Shown here: positions 51,280 to 62,764 of the stretch, piece by piece | How positions within the stretch are numbered: position 1 is the first letter of the stretch | Layout of the letters: every line of letters starts with the position of its first letter | Assembly: GCF_004010195.1 (NCBI RefSeq) | Contig: NC_057758.1 | Span: forward strand, 3,773,428 to 3,837,427 | Length of the DNA stretch: 64,000 nucleotides | Source of the DNA: Chiloscyllium plagiosum | Taxonomy: Eukaryota | Reading direction: 5' to 3' | The notes under the pieces: generated by a model | The model's input: the letters and a program-made list of their open reading frames with translations, nothing else | Told to the model about the DNA's origin: nothing | Databases searched by the model: none | Program-made: the position numbers and the translations under genes

Positions 51280-53390
51280 TTGCCAAACATTATGCCTTAA
51301 TTAAACTAAAACTCAAGCATTCTTCCCTTGAACAGTCCGTATCTCTCTACCACGTAAGCATCCAGATGCATCTTAAATGTTGCCAACGTGATTGCTTCCA
51401 TCACCTGATGTAGCAGTCCGTTTCAAACTCCGACCAAACTCGTTGTGAAATTCTTCCCTTGCACATTTCCATTGGTGAATACTGCTAAATGTCTTCATTA
51501 AGCATCTCTCTACTTTCCGTGGCTCAATGCATAATTTCAACTCCGGGTCCTTTATTGTTGCATGTGACAACAGTTTCGCTTGCTGCATTCTTTCTTCTCA
51601 CATATACATGAAAAACCTTGGATTCTCATCGACGTGGCTTGAGAAAAGCATTTCGTGGCCCCCTTTAGGTTTCCCAATTCCACGTTTAACATCCTTTCTA
51701 GTTTTCTCTATTTTCCCAAGTGCTTCGTCAGTTTGTACCTGCCTGGATCTATTCTACACTTCTTTTTTTTCTATTGGCTAAGCTTACAGTTCCCCTTGAT
51801 ATCCACGTTTCCTGATTCTTGGCAGGACTGACCTTCATTTCTTTTAAAATGTCCTGAAGTTTAACCAAATTTTCTGTAAAACCCTCCCAATTTGCAGATG
51901 CAGATTTGCCCTCAAATAGTATGGCCTCGTTTCTGGGAGCATTGTCCGTGCACTGTCTCAAAGAAACCTCCTGATCAATCTAATAATCAGCTCTCCCTCA
52001 GATCGCCTGGATCGAAGTGAGACGCAATCAACAATAGAAAGGTTCACATCACCAATCACATCTAACCTGTTTTCTTCAAACATTTTCAGTATCTCACTAT
52101 GCATCTGCTCCTCTGTCTCCTGCAGTTCCTTTGAGCCCGGTGACGTCTCTCTACCTATTCATACTCTAGGTCATGCCTATCTCAGTCTCACATTTGTCCC
52201 ACTGACTGGCTCGCTGTTCCGATACTGATCCCATGCCACGCTGGGCTGAATCCTCCCGAAGATATATAGCAAATATATTTGGAAGTATATTGCTTTTCCG
52301 TCACTGTCACGGGGTCAAAGTCATGGAATTCCCTCCCTGATACCATTGTGGGTCAACCCGTAGGAGGTGGCCTTCAGCCATTCATGAAGGATGCTCATAA
52401 CCGCGTTCTAAAGGTGGATTAGGTGTCAGCAATAAATGTTGTCTCGCCAGTAAATTACACGTTCCGAAAATGAACCTAAAAATGAAATTCCATGTCATGT
52501 TCAGGTTCAAATATCCAAGTTCATCGGGAAAGACAGAAGGCAAGGAGAGCGTTGGCCTATATTTCAAAGCTAATAGTGTGCCAAGTTAATTTGTGCAAAC
52601 TATACAAGGTACATTTCAGACCCCTGCTGAAATTTTGCCAACAGTTTTTTTTTATCGCCATGGTAAGGAAAGATTTGATTGTTGGTTGAGAAAGAATGTA
52701 TCACTCATCCATAATTTCCATCCGTTTATTGCCTTGGCGCACATATATATTAACCTATGTCAGCTCTGGTCAATGATTCAGAACACGCCATCTTTGAAGC
52801 TAACATATCAATCACGGTCCGAATTCACGATTCAATCTTTTTTAGAAAAGGACTAGTGGTTAGGCCATTAATGAAATACTGCAAAAATTCTCGACGCCTT
52901 GCACGAGGATGGATGTTAATGAAACTTGAAAAGGTTCAGGAATGACTGACAAGGATGTTGCCAGTGTTGTACCGTTTCAGGCAGAAGCTGGAGTGTTGGG
53001 TGCTGAGACATGGCCACACGGAGGTTTGTGATATCATGAGGAGTACGAATAGGTTAAACAGACACGATTTTTTTTTTTCGTCAGGGTGGTGGAATCCAAT
53101 ATGAGAGAGCATCGACTTAAAATGAAAGGGCTAATATTTCTAAGGCATACAAGTTACAAAACGTTTGCATGCAGCCAATGCCATAAGTATGGAATGAGCT
53201 GCTGAATTAAATGGTGGATGCTGAGACATCTAAAACGCATCTGGATGTGTATTTGAGTGGGAAGGGCTGAGAATGATATTGGCAAATACTGGCAAATGGG
53301 ACGAAATTTATAGAGGATATCTGTTGGCATTGATGCGTTGGAGTGAAACGTCTCTTTCTGCCCGGTATATCACTGAGACTCTATGAACTC
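51280..53390. mobile_element. Mixed degenerate CR1-type fragments (minus ~51280-52260, plus ~52490-53390)
   Basis: FEGKSASANWEGF...PWI-like remnant on minus; LVVRPLMKYC, KLEKVQ and ctatgaact tail on plus. Confidence 0.55.
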
Positions 53391-55067
53391 ATGCACATGC
53401 CAGGGAATGCTGAATTCTGATTAAGCGTAAAAAAGATCCTTAAACAAAATGGTTAACATTGCATCTGGGTGATCTTTATGTCCAGGCCAATGGAGAGAAT
53501 GGAAGATCTTGGACTGTGCTATTGACTTTGTTAGTGCTGGTGGTTGTGGTGGAAAGGTTTGCATTCTTATTCAGTCCAAAGCATCAATAGACAAGTAACT
53601 GATGGTGGACCTGAAAATCTGAAAAAAAGTCTCCACAATATCCCATTAAAGAATTATCCACTGGAAATTTAACAGCGCCTTTTTATCCTCCCTCCAGTGA
53701 TCTTATTGAACTTGAAATGTGTTCCCTGGTTTTCTGGTGTAGTTTTCTGTAAAAAGCTGTAGTCAGAGCATCTTGATGATTCAGTGCACATCTCTGGTCA
53801 GCACACTACGAATGCCTTTCCCGTGTAAGTATTTTTGTCTTCCTCATGTTAATCTGTCCACCACATGTAATGTATCCAACCATTCCATACTGATTATTTT
53901 CCGCCCGTGCCTCTGGATTACTCCCTCAATTTGGCAAACGATGTGTTTAATATGAGATCCAGTTTTTCGCTGACCCCTCTTCCATACCTGCATTTGGGAA
54001 GATTGAACAGCTTTTCCAGCAGGACATTTTTTTATTTATGTAACCCTCTATCGCACTTTGCAGTGAGTGTTTGATCGAAGTTTTATGCTACACACCTGGA
54101 ATTTGGAACTTCAATCGAGAGAGTCATGGAACGTTATTTGGAGTCAACACATTTGGTTGTCTTCTTGGTCGGTTTACTCTAATTAAACACGTTGATTTTC
54201 AAACAGATTACTACTGTCATGGGACGTTTGCTCAATATAAAAAATGCTTGCATTTCAGATATAACCATTTTTCAGAAGTAAAACTTATTGACTCCACAAC
54301 ATCAGAGCCTACTTGTAAAAATGAAGTAGTCGGTAATCGTCCAGGTACAGAATATTTATTGCACTATACTTGCAGCTGTTGGTGTCACTTGTAAGACTAT
54401 CACTCCAATGTTGTTATATAAGATAATATTTAACTGCAATGTAATGTTCATGTGTGAAATGTATCTAATTTGCCGGGATTTGTTAATTTCTAAGTCAAAT
54501 CTTTCTCCCAGAGGCTGAACGGGAATTCTTCTTGTGCTCTCACAACAGAAATCTCACTACAGATTCATAAACACTCGGAAAGTTCTGGAATTCTAAAAAT
54601 AAAACGTTTGTTCTAAATAATTTCCTTTGTGAAATATTGTGCCATATATTATTAGAAAAAAAGTGCTTGAATTGTTTGATAAATATCCTTGAGGGCGTTT
54701 ATGAATTTTCTGCAGGAAATACATAAATGAGATGATTAGATATTAACAAAACCACACGGTGATTATTCTTTCTTGATCCTCGTATTTAATGTGTCTACTG
54801 ATTTCCATACACTAATGCAACTTTCAAGTCTTGGTGATTGAACCTGTTTCCATTTGGCACAGTTTTGATTGACTGAAATCTTAGTACACTGAACAGCAAA
54901 GTTTAGTAACTTTTGTTACATGTCCGAAATTGTGACACATAGGGTTAAGTTCATAAACATCAGGGCAAGAGCTTTCATTTTGTTATTTTCTCCTGGTAAA
55001 AATAATGATCTATGTTATATTCTTTGATAAGTATTCATACTGCATTATTTCCGTTGGTTGTGGTTCC

Positions 55068-55753
55068 CAGGACAGAACCCCACTGGTCCTCATCTACCAC
55101 CCCACCAATCTCCATTTACAGCACATCATCTGCCGTCATTTCCGCCACCTCCAAACGGACCCCACCACCAAGGATATATTTCTCTCCCCTCCCCTATCAG
55201 CATTCCGTAAAGACCACTCCCTCNNNNNNNNNNNNNNNNNNNNNNNNNNNNNNNNNNNNNNNNNNNNNNNNNNNNNNNNNNNNNNNNNNNNNNNNNNNNN
55301 NNNNNNNNNNNNNNNNNNNNNNNNNNNNNNNNNNNNNNNNNNNNNNNNNNNNNNNNNNNNNNNNNNNNNNNNNNNNNNNNNNNNNNNNNNNNNNNNNNNN
55401 NNNNNNNNNNNNNNNNNNNNNNNNNNNNNNNNNNNNNNNNNNNNNNNNNNNNNNNNNNNNNNNNNNNNNNNNNNNNNNNNNNNNNNNNNNNNNNNNNNNN
55501 NNNNNNNNNNNNNNNNNNNNNNNNNNNNNNNNNNNNNNNNNNNNNNNNNNNNNNNNNNNNNNNNNNNNNNNNNNNNNNNNNNNNNNNNNNNNNNNNNNNN
55601 NNNNNNNNNNNNNNNNNNNNNNNNNNNNNNNNNNNNNNNNNNTGCCCGAAACGTCGATTCTCCTGTTCCCTGGATGCTGCCTGACCTGCTGCGCTTTTCC
55701 AGCAACACATTTTCAGCTCTGATCGCCAGCATCTGCAGTCCTCACTTTCTCCT
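55068..55753 (+). mobile_element. Penelope-like element 3' half (contains gap)
   Basis: DRTPLVLIYHPTNLHLQHIICRHFRHLQTDPTTKDIFLSPPLSAFRKDHSL before the gap; terminus tgcccgaaacgtcgattctcc...ctcactttctcc after it. Confidence 0.9.
55224..55642. other. Assembly gap
   Basis: Run of N. Confidence 1.
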
Positions 55754-55756
55754 CCT

Positions 55757-57250
55757 GTATCAGGTATAAACTGGAGAGATCGAGTGAATCCTTAGAACAG
55801 TATAAAGGCAGTAGAAGAATACTTAAGTGGGAAATCAGGACAGCAAAAAGGAACATAAGGTATCTTTTGTATTTAGTGTTGAGGAGAATCCAAAAGTGTT
55901 TTTGTAAATGCATTAAGGACAAAATGGTAACGATGGTGGGAACTTGGCCCCACAAGGATCAGAAAGGCAGCCTTATTGTGGAGCCAAAGGAGACTGAACG
56001 ATATTTTGCAGAAGTGATTACTGCGGAGAAGGACAGGAAGACATAGAGTGGGGAAAATAAACGGTGAGATCTTGACAAATGGCCATCTTACAGAGGACGG
56101 GGTGCTGGGTGTCTTGAAATGCATAAAGGTGGATAAATCACCTGCACCTGATGAGGTGTACACTACAAATCTGTGGGAAGCTAGGGAAGTGATTACTGGG
56201 CTCCACGCTGAGATATTTATCTCATCGATAGTCATAGGTGAAGTGCCAGATGGCTGGGGGTTGGCTGACATGGCACCTTTTCCTATTAAAGGTGTGAAGG
56301 ACAAGCTAGGGAATTATAGACCCGGGAGCCTGACACCACTGGTGCTTAAGTTGATGGAGGGGGCCCTGAGGGACAGGATGAACACATATGGTAAGGCAAA
56401 GATTGGTTTGGAATAGTAAACATGGCTTTGACCTTGGGAAAACATGAGTGATGTACTTGATTGTGATTTTGGAAGAAGTAATGAAGATGCTTGATGAGGG
56501 CAGAGAGTTGAATGTGATTTCTGCAATTCAAAAAGGCATTCGATAATGTTCCCTATTGGAGACTGGTTAGCAAGGTTAGATTTCATGGAATAAAGGGAGA
56601 ACTAGCCATTCCGATACAGAACTGGCTCGAAGGTAGAAGACAGACGTGATGGTGGAGAGTTGCTTTTCGGAGTGGAAGCCTGTGGCCAGTGGTGTGCCAT
56701 AAGTATCAGTGTTGGGCCCACTACTTTTCATCATTTCTATAAATTATTTGTATATGAACATCGGAGATATGTCTACCAAGTTTGACAATGACACCAAAAT
56801 TGGGAATGTAATGGACATCGAAGATGGATACCTCCGATTACACCGTGATCTTGATCAGATGTGCCAATGGGCTGAGAATTTAATTTATAGAGATGAGATG
56901 TGATACATTTTGGGAAAGAAAATCTTAGTAGGACTTATACACTTAATGGTAAGGTCCGAGGAGTTGTTGCTGAACGAAGAAGCATTGAAGTGCAGGTTCA
57001 TAGCTCATTGATAATGGAGTTGCATGTAGACAGGATGGTGAAGAAAGCATTCAAATGCCTTCCTTAATTGGGTAGAGCAGTGAGTATAGGAGTTCGATAG
57101 TCATGTTGCCGCTGTACAGGATGTCAGTTAAGCCACATTTGGCATATTGCGTCTTGAACATTCGTCTCCATCCTATCGGAAGGATGTTGTGAAACCTGAA
57201 AGAGTTGGAGGGCTTGAGCGAGAAGGAGAGACTGAATAAGCTGGGACAGC
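55757..57250 (+). mobile_element. Degenerate CR1-type LINE ORF2
   Basis: IKVDKSPAPDEVY, GEVPDGW, GNYRPGSLT, SVLGPLLFIISIN and KFDNDTKIG. Confidence 0.88.
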
Positions 57251-58082
57251 CGCCCCTTTAGCGGAAGATACAAATCTTCAAAAAAAACTCACCTACATTA
57301 TACAGAATACAGGCTTAGTTTGTTTAATCTTTCCTCAGAATTTAACCTCCGAAGTACTGGGATCATCCTTGTGAAACCGCACAACACTGAGGACGCTAAT
57401 GACGTGGATCACGAGAACACTCTATATAGTGTTGTCAAAACACTTCAATTTTATGTGTATTTCTGCCTGGAATATCCTTCCCTATTGCCTGGCTTGCTAT
57501 GCTTTTCCAGCCGCCTGCCTGTCTGTTTTGGATGATACCATCTTCAGTTTTTTTTGTCTCACAACCATCCGCAGAGTCAAAGAGTTGCAGATTCCCAACA
57601 TGCTCTGTCTAAAAAGAAAACTGGACAGCCGCTCAATCCCCACCCTTTCCTGTAAATCAATGCCACCAGTCATTGAGTCTTGCATCAAAAGTGATCCTTG
57701 GATTCTTGCCTATCATGTCTACTCCTCTCAAAATGCTTACATCTCAATCATCCCTCCTCCCAATCTCTTCTGTTCAAAGGAAATAAAAACAGTCTGTCCG
57801 ATCGCACTTCATTCCTAAATGTCTTCAGGACAAGCAGCATGCTGGTGGTAATGCCACAAAGTACACTATTGCCAGTACTATTGCATTGCTCCGGTCATAT
57901 GGATGCCATAAGTGCAACAGTACTCTCACAGTGGCGTGAGCAATGTTATTTGGTGTTCCTGCATAACAGTTCTCAGTACTACGCCCAAGTCAGATAATTA
58001 GTCAATCGTGGAAGCACAGTCTGAGACTGATCCTGGAACTGAGCCAAAATCAGTTGTACAGAAGCTCTGTTTTTTTTTCTAT

Positions 58083-59115
58083 TTAAGACATAGGAGTGGA
58101 AGTAAGGCCATTCGGCCCATCGAGTCCACTCCGCCATTCAATCATGGCTGATGCGCATTTCAGCTCCACTTACCAGCGTTCTCCCCGTAGCCCTTAATTC
58201 CCCGAGACAACAAGAATCTATCAATCTCGGCCTTCAACTGGACTTCATTGAGGGACCAAAACTGGACATAGTACTCCAAATGGGGCCTAACCAGAGCTTT
58301 ATAAAGTCTTAGTAGTACATCTCTGCTTTTGTATTCCAACCCTCTTGAGATAAGAGACAACATTGCATTCGCTTTCTTAATCATGGACTCAACCTGCATG
58401 TTTACCTTTAGAGAATCCTCGACTAGCATTCCCAGATCCCTTTGTGCTTTGGCTTTATTAATTTTCTCACCATTTAGTAAGTAGTCTATGCTTTTATTCT
58501 TTTTGCCAAAGTGCAAGACCTCGCACTTGCTCACGTTAAATTCCATTAGCCATTTCCTGGACCACTCTCCCAACCTGTCTAGATCCTTCTGTAGCCTCCC
58601 CACTTCCTCAGTACTACCTTCCTGTCCACCTAACTTCGTATCATCGGCAAACTTCGCTGGAATGCCCCCAGTCCCTTCATCCAGATCATTAATATATAAC
58701 GTGAACAGCTGCGGCCCCAAACACTGAACCCTGCGGGACACCGCTCGTCACCGGCTGCCATTCTGAAAAAGAACCTTTTATCCCAACTCTCTGCCTTCTG
58801 TTAGACAGCCAATCCTCAATCCATCCCAGCAGCTCACCTCGAACACCATGGGCCCTCACCTTGCTCAGCAGCCTCCTGTGTGGCACCTTATCAAAGGCCT
58901 TTTGTAAGTCTAGATAGACCACATCCACTGGGTTTCTCTGGTCTAACCTACTTGTTACCTCTTCAAAAAATTCTAACAGGTTTGTCAGGCATGACCTCCC
59001 TTTACTAAATCCATGTTGACTTGTTCTAATCAGACTCTGCTCTTCCAAGAATTTAGAAACCTCATCCTTAATGATGGATTCTAGAATTTTACCAACAATC
59101 GAGGTTAAGCTAACT
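58083..59115 (-). mobile_element. Young CR1-type LINE RT fragment with internal deletion
   Basis: SQHGFSKGRSCLTNLLEFFEEVT...SGVPQGSV; LGPQLFTLYINDLD, KFADDTK; jumps from VQFWS directly to the terminal LKAEIDRFL. Confidence 0.93.
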
Positions 59116-59277
59116 AAGGAGACCTAACTGGGGGAACAGTCTGTCAATGCATGTGGGATGGATCACATTCCTAATATTACCACTGGAATTGAGCAAAATT
59201 TCCAATCTTGGAATTCCAATCGGTCATAATCTCATTAAGTCACGGAACAGTCTCGACGGGCTGTGAGTCTATTGTGA

Positions 59278-59497
59278 AAATGTGCTGCTGGAAAAGCGCA
59301 GCAGGTCAGGCAGCATCCAAGGAGCAGGAGAATCGACGTTTCGGGCATGAGCCCTTCTTCAGGAATGTGATTCTTGAAGAATGGTTCATGCCCAAAACGT
59401 CGATTATTCTGCTCCTTGGATGCTGCTTGACCTCCTGCGCTTTTCCAGCAACATATTTCCAACTCTGATCTCCAGCATCTGCAGTCCTCACTTTCTC
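59278..59497. mobile_element. Fold-back Penelope-like insertion with 17-bp TSD (1 mismatch)
   Basis: ctgtgagtctattgtga at 59261-59277 and ctgtgagtctatggtga at 59498-59514; ~90-bp inverted arms centred near 59368. Confidence 0.9.
59331..59366 (-). ncRNA. Minimal type I hammerhead ribozyme motif (PLE-associated)
   Basis: Minus strand AUUC-CUGAAGA-A-GGGC-UCAU-GCCC-GAAA-CGUC-GAUU: both core boxes, 4-bp stem II, palindromic ACGU stem III, GUC triplet. Confidence 0.6.
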
Positions 59498-60194
59498 CTG
59501 TGAGTCTATGGTGATGAGTTCGTATTTGAAAGGACAGATCATTCTCCAGGTGTGGTCTTCCTTGCAAAACGTTAATGAGTAATCGCTCCGCCTGAATTCC
59601 AGCCCTCCTGCAATAAGGGCCGATATAACATTTGCCATAATCATGCCTTGCAGCAAAACAGGAAGTGAGAAAACTGTTGATTCACGATTAGTATACGAAT
59701 TCCAAACACATTGAGAAAGAGATTTGGACAGGATGTCGACTGGTGCCACTTCAGAGTAAACAGTGAGGAAAATGAATGTAGATCATATCAATTATTTAAC
59801 TATTAGCAGACAACTGATTGCGGTTTAACCAGAAGCTCACCACTGCCCAGGATACAGGATAACTTGTAGATGTCGGATTGCGCTTTCTTGCTGAGTTATT
59901 GGAAGGACATGAACGTTCTATCGCCAAACGTGCAGGCGACGTAGGGATACAAGGTTAGACAGAGAAATTGGCAGATCAGTCAATGGTGTGGAGGTGAGGG
60001 TAGTGAAATGGCAACTGGTGCAGAATGCGGGAACACGTGACATTTTTCATTTCCAAGGGTAGAGCGTTTATGCTGTAGAGAGAGGCTGAATAGGCTGCGA
60101 TGTGTTTTCCTGAAGAGACAGATGTTGAGTTGTCAACTTACAATGGTTTGAACATTCATGATGGGCATAGGATCATGAAGTAATTGAATTCCAA

Positions 60195-60450
60195 CAGAAA
60201 AGAAACATCAGCCCAAGAAGTCCCCACCGACTCTCTGAAGCATGACCCAGTCAAACCCATTCCCCAATCCTATTATCCTGTAAATATCCCTGACTAATTC
60301 AACTAATCTGCACATCTCTGAAAACTATGGGCAATTTACTATGGACAATTGTCCTAATCTGCACCTCCTTAGAATGTGAGAGGAAAGCAGAGCACCTTGA
60401 GGACACCCACGCAGACACAGAAGAAGTAGGCAAGGTCTTTCCGCTGAGTT
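60195..60450 (-). mobile_element. HE1-like V-SINE fragment
   Basis: aatctgcacatctctg...atgggcaattt...gaggaaagcagagcacc...cccacgcagacac V-domain on minus strand. Confidence 0.7.
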
Positions 60451-60849
60451 GTGGCGTCCAGACCTCGAGGGCAAAGAGTGGAAAGATTTAAAGAAGACCG
60501 ACGGGAAGATTTTTTCACACAAAAAGATGGTGCGTGCATGGAATGAGCTGCTGGAAGAACTGGATGAACCTGGTCCGATTATAACTTTTGAATCATACCT
60601 GGATGAATATCTGAATAGAAAGCGTTTAGAGGGATAGGGTGCATGTCCTGGCAATAGATTAGTTCAGAATAGATTAGTTCAGAATGTTTCAGGAGCATGA
60701 ATCGAGAATGCACCAGCCAAGCAGTGTCAGGAAAGTAAGATTGAATGTAAAATAATTACCTCGTGAATTGTAGGAGCAAAGGATGAAGAGGTGTGGAAGC
60801 AAAAATGGCGACTGCTGGGAAAGTGAATTAATATATTCGGGCAGCAGTT

Positions 60850-62760
60850 AAATCCGCACTCTTGCATGTTTGATGTCGACCACACGTCGTCCTCTCCTAA
60901 TTAATAAATGAAGTTGCAATGAGGAATTTTGTTGAGATAAGGTAGCATTTTATTAATCTCTTTTCGCAACTTAGAGCAGAGGAGATGTGGCTGAGTGCTA
61001 TTGTTTGCTCTTGTTGCATAATATGTGAGGTAAGGGTCACCACTGTTGTCCCTGCTGACTTCACCTGCGAGAGTTGCGCCCAAGTCTCGTTCAAAGGAAG
61101 TGATGAGGATCAGGAAAGTCAATATAGAGTGTTAAGTTGGAAGCGAAAAGATAACACGAGGAGAGTTCTAAACTCAGATTTGCTATCGGTGCTATGGGCT
61201 AGGGAGGCTAGGAACAGAAAACAAGTGCGGCTGAATATGTAGCTGCAAAACTGATGTGAGAGGGAGAGTTTTGGAATAATGAATCATTGTGAGATCATCT
61301 GGGGAAGTGTACACTTGTAAAAGGAGGAGCGGTTGCACCTGAACTGGAAGGGCACCAATATCCTTGACAGGAGATTTGCAAGAGCTCTTCGGACGGGTTT
61401 AAATTAGTTTCCCGGGGTTGTGAAACGGATCAACGGATGATATGATGGGGTAACTCTCGATACTGCAGAACAGTGTGCGGAGAGTCTGTGCAGGAGTATA
61501 GACAATTGTTAGGGCAATGTTACAGTCAGTGTGATGGATTGTAGTGTGTCTATTGTAACACGAGTAGACTCAGAACGAAGGTGATGAAATTAAAGCACGG
61601 ATAATTACTTGAACCTACGGTTTTGTGGCCATTACTTCGACTGAGATGTCATTGGTGGTAATGGTTGTTCAATGTTCCGGGTTGATTTTTCAAAAGGAAC
61701 ATAGAGGGGGTAAATGAGATGGGGGAATGGCATTGCTGATCATGGAGAATATCACAGCTGCCGAAAGTAGCCTTCCTGTTTGTTGATCACGTTTTGTCCA
61801 TTGAGTCAGTATGGGTGGAATTCAAAAACAGGAAAGTCTCAGTCACTTTATTGGAGGCTTTCTGTAAATCTTCCAATAATAACAGAGACACGGAAGAGAA
61901 GATTGCAAGGCAGATTTTTTAATGACGTAGAAGTAACACAGTTGTTGTTATGAGTGACTTCAACTTCTCTAATATTGATTGTATCTTTGTTACTGCAAAT
62001 GGATTGGAATGAACAAATATGGTCAAGTCTGTCCAGGAAACATTCCTGGCACAGTGTGCAGATAGGTCGACTAGAGGAGAGGCAGTATGGGATTTGGTGC
62101 TTGGCAAAGAACCAGGTCATGTGTCAGATCGATCGGTTGGGGAGCATTTCAGTGATAAGCATCACAACTCCCCGAACGGGTGCACTCAGAGATGGAATTT
62201 GTTTAGAGAGCACTTGCTGCGAGTGCTAAATTGGTTGTCCCACTGAGAGAAGGAAAGGATGGTGGGATGAAGACACCATTGATGACAAGAGATATGGAAT
62301 ATGTAGTAAAGAGGAAGATGGAAGCTTGCTTAAGGTTCAGCAAGAAAGGAACAGAAAGCTCTAGAAGGTCAAAAGCTATCGAGGAAGGAACTGAAGAATA
62401 GACTCAGGAAATGTTTCATGAAACAAAATAGATGGGTAGGATTAAGGAACGACCTAAGGTGCTCCAAACTTATGTGAGGTACAAAAGGATAGCCGGAGTG
62501 GTTGTATGGCCGATCAGGGATAACTAATGGAACTTGTGCCTGGAGTTGGAGGAGTAGGAGAGATTTTTAATGAATTATTTGCTTCAGTGTTCACTACTGA
62601 GAGGCACTCGTCGCGTGTAAGGACAGCGAGAAACAGGTTGATATACTTGAAGAGTTTGATGTTATGGTGGATGAGCTTGAAACTTTGAAAAGCATGTTGA
62701 CAGATAAGTCCCCGGCCAGAGGGAATATACTCGAACTTGCTACGAAAAGTGCTAGAAGAG
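60850..62760 (+). mobile_element. Degenerate CR1-type LINE with ORF1 and endonuclease remnants
   Basis: ORF1 zinc finger IVCSCCIICEVRVTTVVPADFTCESCAQV; esterase-like RLHLNWKGTNILDR; endonuclease ESVWVEF, VVMSDFNFSNID, TRGEAVWDLVLG, HFSDKHHN. Confidence 0.82.
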
Positions 62761-62764
62761 ATCA

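Noticed and set aside
60985..61085. Cys-rich ORF IVCSCCIICEVR...CESCAQ as another defensin-like peptide
   Set aside because: Matches the CR1 ORF1 zinc-finger pattern and is collinear with downstream CR1 remnants
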